Of a DNA stretch of 64,000 nt, positions 54,701 to 64,000 are shown piece by piece. Where the stretch lies: positions 26,511-90,510 of the forward strand of contig CBFFRQ010000027.1 of assembly GCA_965644315.1 (NCBI GenBank), given 5' to 3'. Below the pieces are notes generated by a model. That model did not search any database, was not told the origin of the DNA, and saw only the letters and a program-made list of their open reading frames with translations. The position numbers and the translations under genes were made by a program. Each line of letters starts with the position of its first letter. The stretch's first letter is position 1. Source of the stretch: Caecitellus pseudoparvulus. Its lineage: Eukaryota; Protista; Bigyra: Bicosoecida.

Positions 54701-57700
54701 GTGCTTGGCGTCAGTGCGCTCCCGTGGGGCGCCACGAACTACCTCCTGGCGCCTGCCTTGTCAGGCGCACGTCTGGCGGCACCGGCTCCGGGTGACGTGG
54801 CGCCCACACTGGCCACTGGGCTGCAGACTGAGGAGCACCCCTTCCTGTGTGAGCGCCCGCCGTTTGCCTGCCCGCCAGGCTTTTCCTACGTGCACAGCGC
54901 TGGCGTTTCCCGCTGTCTCGCCACAGCTGGGCCGGCAGTGCAGGACGCCAGCCTGGCGCCCATTTCGTGTGCTGCCACACCAGGCCGGGCCCTGGCGCAC
55001 ATTGGCGCAGGTGACACTGAAGGCCAGAGCATCGCGCTTGAGCTGTGCGGCGGCACGGCGTGCTGGGTGGCGGCCAAGCAGGACGTCGGTGGGGACTGGG
55101 TCTCGGGCGCCCCGGCAGCCTCTGCGGCCTGGGACCTGGGCGACGCAGCTGCAGACTCCACCCTGCCGTGGGCTGCAGGGCAGCCGACAGGGCCTGGCAA
55201 CCGAGCACGGCTCACGCCAGCAGGCCTGGTTGCCTCGGCAGTCAGCGACACTGCTGCCGCGCTGTGCGAGGCGCCGGTCTTGACCTGCGATGATTTCGGC
55301 ATCCTAGTGCAGGTGGCGCCCGGCGTGTACGAGTGCTTCACACGCCTGCCCAGCACGCAGTCGTTCGAGGACGCCATCGTCGCCTGTGCGGCAGACGGCG
55401 GCCACGTGGCTTCCCCTCGCGACGCGTCAGTCCTGGCTGCCGCGCTGCCCCTGTGCGAGCCGGCAGGGGAGTGCTGGACAGGCTGGTCCCGTGCCTATGT
55501 GAAGGGGCGCTGGACGCCCCAAGGCGGCGCCTTTGCACCCCCTTCCTCGACCTGGCTGCCGTGGGCCGCCTCCGAGCCGTCCAGCGATGTGGCGTTGGGC
55601 TGCGCCAAGCTCAAGCGCCAGGCTGATGGCCGGCCAGCCCTGCAAGCGGCCGACTGTGCAGCGCCTCTCAGCGTCATTTGTGCGGCGCCGCCACGAAAGT
55701 GCCCCCATGGGCACTACGTGAAAGTCACACAAGCTGTCGGGCCCAAGGGTGAGCCACGGTATGAGTGTGTTTCCCAAGCAGATGACACGACCACAGCCGC
55801 CTCCGTGGTGGCCATGAGTGGCAGTGCAGAGGCCGCGTCCATGTGGTTGTGGGACGACGCCATGCTGCAGTTCCAGCGCAGCAACACGCGTCTCGCGAAG
55901 GAAATGCCTGGCGCAGGCTTCACGCGCCTGCTGCCCCTCGCAAAGCGACAGCTCGACATCCCCGCCACATCACCCCTGTCTTCGTCAGGGGTGTACCGTT
56001 TCGTCGCAGACGTGAGCACCGCCACAGGCGACAGGCTAGCCGTGTGTTCTCGCCCCTTTGTCGTGGATGCGACGCCCCCGTACACGCTGAGCACTGCCGG
56101 CGTGTACATTGTGGATGCCGCGACGTTCGTCTTTGGCGACGAAAGCAGCGACGTGCACGCAGAGTACCTGCAGAGTGGGCCGTTTGCCTTCACCTGGCAC
56201 GGCTTCTACGATGCAGAGAGCTCCACAAGTGGCCTGCTGCGGTACCAGTTCTGCGTTACAGTGGGTACCGGCGACCCAGCGCTGTGCACCATTACAGCCG
56301 TAGGTTCCACAGACGCCGCCGAGTCCCCTGGGTCCGCTTCCAGCCGCTGGATTGACGTGCCGGCGACGGGGTACAAGGTGTTCGCGCGCCTTGGCCTCGT
56401 GCAAGGGCTGGTGTACACGGTGCATGTGCGGGCTGTGAACGCGGCGGGGCTGCACAGCATTCTGTCCTCGCCCCCCATGACGTACGACCTGACGCCACCC
56501 ACGCCTGGCACTGTGCTGGATGGCAGTGACGGGCCTGCAGTGCCAGAGGAGCTTGGCGGCGACGGGGTGACGGCAGACATCCAGTTCTCATCCGACGCCA
56601 ACCGCATCGTCGCGCACTGGAGTGGCTTCGCTGACTTGGAAGCCCCCATTGTGAAGTACCAAGTGGGGGCGGGCTCTGTGCCCGGTCGCCAGGTGGACAA
56701 CGTGCTGGCCTTCCAGGACGTGCCGGCGACTCAGGATGCCATTGACGCACCTCTGGGTGCGCCCCTGTCGTCCGGGTCCACGTACTACTTCCTGCTCAGC
56801 GCAATTAACGCGGCTGGTGCGGCGACAGCCCGCACGTCCTCCGGGGTGACGGTGGACACCGTGCCGCCCTCGGTGTCCGTCAGCGTCCTCGCCCCCGCTA
56901 CAGGTGCCAACGCCTTCCAGTTCGCTGTTCCTGGTGTCGAGCCAGACGACTTTGACGTGGATGCCACGCCCGTTCTAGCGACGGCCTTGACTGACAGCCT
57001 CCGTGTTCGTATTCAGTTTGCCGACTCTGTGTCGGGGTTCAGCGCCTGCTCGCTCAGCGTTGGCACTGCCGGCAGCCCTGACAGCGTTGTGTCGTCTGTG
57101 CCGCTTCAAGTTGAGGAGGCACCAGCTTTAGGTTCACTGCAAGTAGCTCGACCAAGCCTTTCAAGTGTACCCCTGGCGCTGACGGGCGGCGAGTGGCAGG
57201 TGCAAGTTGCGTGCCTGGATCGCGCGGGGAATGAAGGGGTGGGCGTGAGTGTGTGGCCGCTGATTGTGGAGGAGTCTCCACCATCCACTGCAACGGCGCA
57301 GGTGCACGATGTAGCATCCATTTTCCCAGGCGTGGAGGCAGACATAACGACAGATTCTGTCTTGCGGGTGCAGTGGTCTGGGTGGGATGCGGGCCTTGCT
57401 GTTGTGTCAGGCTTCAGCGTCGCCATTTCAACAACAGCTCCACAGGTTGGGCTGAATGATCTCTCCAGCCACGTGACTGATGTCGTGGATTGGACCTTCC
57501 TTGGGCAAGTGAGCAGCACGGACTCGGGTGTGCTGGGCGCGGAAGTCTTGGATGGGCAAACGTATTTCTTCCTTGTGCGAGGTTACAGCACGAACGGACT
57601 GTTCGCTGATGCCGCCAGCGATGGGGTGACAGTCTCCCGCGTGGCTCTCTCGACAGCTGGCGTGGTGGTTCGGAATATCGTTCCTTCTGGCCTGCCCAAC

Positions 57701-60700
57701 CAAACCTTTACCCCCAGCTCTGAGGAGCTCACAGTCAGTTGGTCAAGTTTCGCTGCGCGAGGCGGAGCAGTTCTCAAGCACCAGGTGGCTGTGAAGCTGT
57801 GCGAAGACGCAGACCCAGATTCGTTCACTGTTGCGCCGTGGCAAGATGTGTCCAGGGAGACGTTCACAGCTTCGATTGCAGGGCTCGCGTTGCAAGCGGG
57901 CATCGCGTACTGTGTAGCAGTCCGCGCTGAAGGCCCTGTGTCAGGACTGACACAGCCAGTATACGCACCTCCCATTCGCGTTGATGCTATTCCCCCCTCG
58001 ACCGGTCAGCTGTTCCCTTCTCTTTCTTTTGAAACTGCGCGCTATCAAACCGACGCATCTGATTTGCTTGCATCGTGGCCGTGGCTTACCGGCGACGTTT
58101 TGGTTGTTGACGCGACGTCTCGGGCTGCATCTTGGTTTGATGAGGGTTCAGGCATAGTTGGTTGGGAATGCTGTGCTGGCACGTCACGTGGCGCCTGCGA
58201 TGTGCACGCCCGCACCGCAGTGACCATTCCCGCCTCAGCCTCAAGCGGCAGCTGCACGCTGACACCTGCTGGTGGTCTGGTGCAGGGTTCGCAGTACTTT
58301 GTGACGGTGTTTGCGACAGACGCAGCTGGGCAAGAAGCGTCTGCCAGCACGGACGGCATTGTGGTGGACCTCACCCCGCCCGAGGCAGGGTCCGAGCTGG
58401 CTGCGACGATGCGCCCGGCCAGCTACGGCAGTTCCAATGGCTCCGTGCACGTGGTGTGGGACCCATGGGAGAGTGCAGACGCCCTGCACACTGCCGAGAG
58501 CCTGCGGCAGCTCACCTACGCGTGGTCCATAGGAACCAGCCCAGGCGGTGCCGCAGTGCTCCCGCTGACATTTGTGGGCACTGCCACACAGGCCAGTGCG
58601 ACTGGCCTTGATTTGCTGACTGGAACGGAGTACCATGTGACAGTCGTCGCGTATGACGAGGACGGAGCGCTGCTGGGTGCAGAACACACCTCCTTCACCC
58701 CTGACGAGACAGCGGCGACCTTTGACGGCACTGCGGCAGTGACGGACGGGCAGCTGGTGGATGGCGTGTACTATGCGCCCTCCACCAGCGCTGTGGCCCT
58801 GTCCTGGGCGCCGTTCCTGGACGCAGAGGGCGATGTTGCCTACTCCGCTGCCCTGGGCACGTCGCCTTACGGGGAGCAGGTGCAGGAGTATTCCACACCC
58901 CTCGCCAGCCCAGCTGCCTCCTGGAGTGGTTTGCACCTGGTCACTGGCACCAAGTACTACATGTCCGTGATTGGCACCAACGAAGCTGGTCTGCGCACAG
59001 TGTTCTCCAAGCCCGTCGTCGTGGACATCACCCCGCCAGACATCGGCAGCGTGTACTTCCTGGACGCCTCTGGCAGTAACGCGCCCCTGCTGAGCGATGC
59101 GGCACAGGTCACGTGTGGATGGGCAGGCGTGGAGGACGCCCAGGCACCAGTAGTGGGCATTGGCGTGGAGTTGGTGGAGGTGACGGCAGGTGGGACTGGC
59201 TCCATCGTGCCGCTGTCCAATGTGCTGTCCCTGGGACCAGGTGAGGGCCAAGCCACCTTCACCCCTGGGAGCGATGGGGTGCCGGACCCCCTCCCCGAAG
59301 GCCGCTTCTTGGCCTGCAACGTCAAGGCGACCAACGCAGCAGGCCTTGCGCGGCGAACACTGGGGCGCCCTGTACCCTTGGTCACAAGTGGACCCACTGC
59401 CGGCATCGTGCGTGATGGCGCTCGACTGGGCGGCGACGTGGACTTTACCGCCGACTGCAGTCAGGCGGCTGCGAACTGGGACTCCTTCGTGGACCCCTCT
59501 GGCATCGCAACGTACGAGGTTGCGCTGGGCAGCGCGGCAGGGCTGGACGACGTCATGCCCTGGACAGTCGTGGCGCAACGCACGGCATGGGCAGCAACAG
59601 GTCTGGCGTTGACACCTGGGAGCACAGTGTTCACCAGTGTGCGCGCCACGAACATGGCGGGGCACGCCAGTGTCGCCTCCTCGGATGGCTTTGCCTGTGA
59701 CGAGACGCTGCCTTCCCTGGCTGGTGCGAGCGCACAGACCCTGTTGTTGACGGCGTTCGGGATCGGGGATCCTGCGGGGCGCAGCACGTGCGCTTGTGCC
59801 GACCCCAATGCCGCATTTGTGCCCGACTTCACGCACGGCGGCGGCGTGTGCCAGTGTGAGCCGGGCTTCGTGCTGAACGCGACGAGCAAGTCTTGCCGCC
59901 CCTGTGCTGTGCCCGCCTGCAAGCAAGTGCTTGGCAACGACCCCGCCCTCTGTGACGCCTGCAACTCGGGTGCCACTGGGATTGCTGCCCCCAGCCCGAC
60001 AGTGTCTTCAGATGCCCCAGCTCTACAGTGTGCTCCAGGCACGTACCGAGAGGCGGCCAGTGGCGCCTGTGCCCCGTGCCCCCTCGGCACGTACAAGGCC
60101 ACTCATGGCGCCTCCATCACTGAGTGCATTCCCTGTGCACCCTCCATGTCTGGCACAGCAGGCGCCTTTGCACTGACGCTTGATGCCGCTGCAGATGCCG
60201 AGAGCGGCCTGGCTGTGGTGGTCGTGTCAGCAGGCACTTCCCAAGGCGGCACACAGCTTGCGCCCCCTGCCGCTGTGCCTCTGGACTCCCTCGACACATT
60301 CCTGGCCTCCAACATCGTGCACGGGCAGCGGGCCTACTTCTCCCTCACTCTCGCAAATGGCGCTGGCGAGTACACCACCAGCACCGCTCGCACGGGTGCT
60401 GTGGACGCCACTGGCCCCACACTGCTGCGGGTGTGGGATTCGCTCCGGGCGCCCCTGGATAGGGACGAGCTGGCTGCATCCTTCGACGCGGCAGCCACGG
60501 CGTCTGCTGATTTCATAGCGCTGGCGTGGGAGGGCGCGGCGGATGCCGAGTCTGGCCTGGAACGCGTGCAGTGCATGTGGGGTACCAGCCCCGGTGCAGA
60601 GGACGTCGTGCCAGCGTCCCAGGCAGTCGTGCATGCGCTGCCTGGTCTGGTCTCAGGCACGTGCTCTGCTGTGCCCGGGTTTACTCCGAGCCAGGGCGAC

Positions 60701-63700
60701 GTGCTATACGGAACAGTCGTGCTAACCAGCGCCGCTGGCCTGCAGACATACGCCTTCACAGACGGCATCGTGGTGGATACGGCAGCTCCTGTGCCCACTT
60801 GGCTGTCAGTGTCTGCTGCCTGTAGGGGGCATGCAGGGTCCACACCGCCTGTCGAGAGCTTGTTCCTTCCGATCGGGGCACCAGTGCACGCCTGTTGGCG
60901 GTGGCACGACGCCGTCGCGACTGCGGGCTCCGTGACATACGAGGTGTCTGTTGTGAACGCCTCTTCTGGAGCTGCAGTGCTGCCGTGGACTGCCCTGGGC
61001 ACGGCACAAGAGGTGTCGCTGCTTCCGTCTGCAGCTGGACTGGGCACAAATGCCACCCTGTCCGCCACATCCCTGTCCTTGCCCCTGGGCAGTGGGCAGG
61101 AAACGCTGACGCTGTCAGTGAGGGCGACAGACAGCGCAGGGAATGTAGCCAGCACGAGCAGTGGAAGCATCTTCATCGGGCAAGAGGCAGCCTTCTCAGG
61201 TTCCATTTCACTTGTGCCGCTGACTGCCAGCGGCAGTGCAGGCGAGCTGTGCTGCTTCCAGCAGAACACAACTGCCGTGGCTGTGCAGTGGTCTGTGGCT
61301 TCTCAGGCTCCTGTACACTCTGTGCAGATCTCCCTTGGCTCCCAGCCTGGCTTACGAGACTTGCGAGGCGCACAGCCAGTGCCGCTGGACCAGCTGCAGG
61401 CTCTGCAAGGCGAGCTGCTGGTGTCTGACTTGAACCTCGCGAGTGGCTCACAGGTGTTCCCCAACCTCCACGTGCAGTCCAGTGACGGCTGGACGAGTGT
61501 CGCCTCCAACGTGGGTGTGACCGTGGATGCAGCTTGGAGTGCGCCAGTGCAGCAGCCGCAGTCCATGGCGCTTGCGGCGAGCAGCACCCTGGATGCGGAT
61601 GGCGTCTGGCAGGGCACAGTGCACAATCAGCGTGCTCTGGCCGATGCCCTGCACTCCCTTGCCGCGTCCATCCTTGGAGAAGCACCTTCTGCCGTGGAAG
61701 GGCAGCTGGCATTCGTGCCAGCCCAAGGCACCCAGCTCAACGAGGGGTCTCTGGCCGCTGCGGCGTTCACGCAGGCCACAGGCCTCACCTTCACAGCTGA
61801 TTCGCCGTGGGACGCCCAGTCAGGCATCGCAAGCGCCGCATGGGCGCTGCTGCCTGTGAACGCCTCTGCATGTGCCGAGGCAGCCGCTTGCGCTGCACAT
61901 GCTCAGGACATTGTCATTGACTGGAACGCCATCCCCTCGTCCGCTCTGGCCACCACGGACGGCCGCATGCGATTCGAGGTCGGACGTGACTTCATGGTCG
62001 GAGCAAGCGGCCTGCCTCATGTTGTGGCTGTGAAGGTGGCGAATGGTGCAGGTGCCGCATCTCTGGCACTGTCCCCTCTGCTCATCGTGCAGCCGCCTGT
62101 GCTGGTGCCTGGTCGCGTCGCCTTCCCTTCGGCACACCCAGTGGCACATCTGCCTGGCGTGATGACGGCCCAGCATGGCAACGCCCTGCACGCGACGTTG
62201 CGACTGCCCCTGCTGCCCTTGGTGCCGCTGACCAGCGTTCAGTACCAAGTGAGTCTCCTGGCAGACGACGGTTCCATCACACGAGTGTCAGGTGGCGCGT
62301 TTGATCCAGCCACACTGGCGTCTGCCACACAAGGCAACGCAGTGGAGCTGGCCCTGCAAGACTTGTCCCTGCCAGCGACCCTCGTGCCAGGTGGCTCAGT
62401 CGTGCGAGTGGACGTCACGACGGTGACGGCCTTGGGCGCCGACCTCCTCACCAGCTCGCCACCCCTCCTGTTGGACTCCAGCATACCGGAGGGCGGGCAG
62501 GTGCACTTCGCAAGCCGCGCCCTGGAGTTGAGCATCAGTGCTGTCCAAGACACCGTCCAAGCAGGCAGCACACTTGCCCTGGACCCGCTGCCAGTCGCGG
62601 ACGTTGAAAGCTTGGAGCCGTTGGCATGGGTGGATGCGCTGGAGCATGGCGTGGAGGTGCAGCTTGGGCAGTGGAGTGACGCCCAGAGCGGCATGCGGCA
62701 GGTGTGTGCCTTCCTATCCACGACACCTGCGGGCTGGACCCAAGGCTCCGAGCTTGACAGAGTTTGTGTTGCGACCACCCCTGCAAGTGTCGTGCTGAAT
62801 GTGACGAGCATTGTCCCAGAGCCTGCAGCTGTTATCTGGCTCACGGTGGTCGCGGAGAACGGGGCCGGCATCGCAACACGCGGTGTCGCTCCACTGGCCC
62901 TGCTGGACACAACCCCGCCTGCAGAGGACGCTCCAGCTGGACTGTGGGTGGGGGCTTTGGCTGCAGAGCAGGCCAGCGCCTGCACCCATGCTGCACAGCT
63001 GGCCGCAGTTGAGGCGGATACTGCGCTGAGTGAACGCGCCCCGCAAGTGGTGGCCCGTGCTGGTCACGTCACGTACCGCGCACAAACCGATGCGCCTGTC
63101 GTGCTGCATTGGGCTGGCATCGCAGACCCCGAGACTGGCGTCGCTGGGCTGGAAGTCCTGCTGGTCACTGGCGCAGGTTTGTCGGCTCCCACAGCGCTGG
63201 GTGTGGCAGCCAATGATTCAATCAGCCAAGATAGCTGGATCTTCCTCAACACAGATGGTCTCTCGACCCCCCAGGAGTTCGTCGGACTATCCATGGATGC
63301 CCGCCCCCTCTTCGGCACTTTGAGCATGTGCCAAGGCAGCACGGCGTCTGACGGAGCAGTGGTCCTGTCGCCCATTCCAGCCGCCGAACGCGCCGCGTCC
63401 GAAGCCTGGTTGCTGCACTCTGAGCGCCTTGCCCTCGTTCTGAGGGCGACGAACGGCGGCGGGCAGCAAACGCAGCTGAGTGCGCCTATCAGCATCACCG
63501 ACGGCACGGGTCCAGTGTGGCCTGGCGGCATCACTGCCGTGGTGGACGGTGCCGTGCCTGGGCTGGATGCTGACTGCATCGTCGCCCCCACAGCCTTGCA
63601 CATTGCCTGGGCCCAAGCCACGGATGTCGAGAGTGGGCTGGCTGGCTACTGGTGGTGTCTGGGCAGCATCCCTGGCGCAGATGACAAGCACCCCTGCACC

Positions 63701-63943
63701 TGGGCACCGGCATCAGCTGAAGGTGTGTCAGTTCCGGCAACCTTTGAAGGCGTGTCAGATGCAGCAGATACGCCAACTGTCACCTTGCAGCGCGATGAAG
63801 TGATCTTCGCAACTGTGCGAGCGGTTAACAACGCTGGGCTGGAAACCCGGGCAGATTCAGACGGCATCCGTACCTTGTGTGACCCAGAGGCTGACTCCAC
63901 CTGTGAAGATGGTGGCCACCGAGTGCTGTGCTTTGCGCTTTGA
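45776..63943 (+). CDS. Giant (~5,800 aa) secreted mosaic protein: Cys-rich (GCC2/TNFR-like) repeats, ~12 C-type lectin domains, two glycine-rich domains, Cys-rich repeats, ~19 FN3/Ig-like repeats; 10 exons
   Basis: Signal peptide MTLCWVLLAWAAPALMVTS. Nine GT-AG introns between 46023 and 48063 join short exons in frame to the 15.9-kb last exon. Lectin pattern CPxG..C....A...C....LA....W.G...W.W....EP..C...C...FxC. Repeated W.GF.DAESG...Y...GT.PG..DV...L..G..YY..V.A.N.AG...SDG..VD.TPP. Confidence 0.9.
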
Positions 63944-64000
63944 GCTTGCCTGAGGTTGAGAGGGCTCCGCTTTGCAGGCGCCAAAGGTCATGAAATGCAC

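Noticed and set aside
63929-63943. C-terminal CFAL resembling a CaaX prenylation signal
   Set aside because: The protein has a signal peptide and extracellular domains, so it would not meet cytosolic prenyltransferases; the Cys is more likely disulfide-bonded.
1-64000. Mobile elements, endogenous virus or virophage, CRISPR arrays, rRNA
   Set aside because: No transposase, integrase, reverse transcriptase or capsid motifs, terminal repeats, large AT-rich island or repeat-spacer array seen.

Overview
Gene-dense, GC-rich eukaryotic nuclear DNA with short GT-AG introns (mostly 64-121 nt, donors mainly GTGCG/GTGAG). It is probably from a heterotrophic protist, possibly a stramenopile; that assignment is inference. 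I can support 14 protein genes, one tRNA-Met and one intronic box C/D snoRNA. Left to right: a partial unknown ORF; TFIIH p44/SSL1 hosting the snoRNA; a coiled-coil protein; a low-complexity 1.56-kaa protein; PPIL4/CYP59; an ankyrin-repeat protein; a Tudor-like-repeat OTU deubiquitinase; a DHRS7-like SDR; tRNA-Met; a Pex14-PUB fusion; a GH28 enzyme; PEN-2; a ~5,980-aa putative Cys-protease/DUF3638-DUF3645 SF2-like ATPase/2xSPRY giant; a multi-pass membrane protein; and a ~5,800-aa secreted mosaic of Cys-rich repeats, ~12 C-type lectin domains, two glycine-rich domains and ~19 FN3-like repeats. The most interesting items are the two giant proteins, the Pex14-PUB fusion and the snoRNA. Most other ORFs in the track are antisense or alternate-frame shadows. 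Exon structures and domain calls were made by eye, without database searches.
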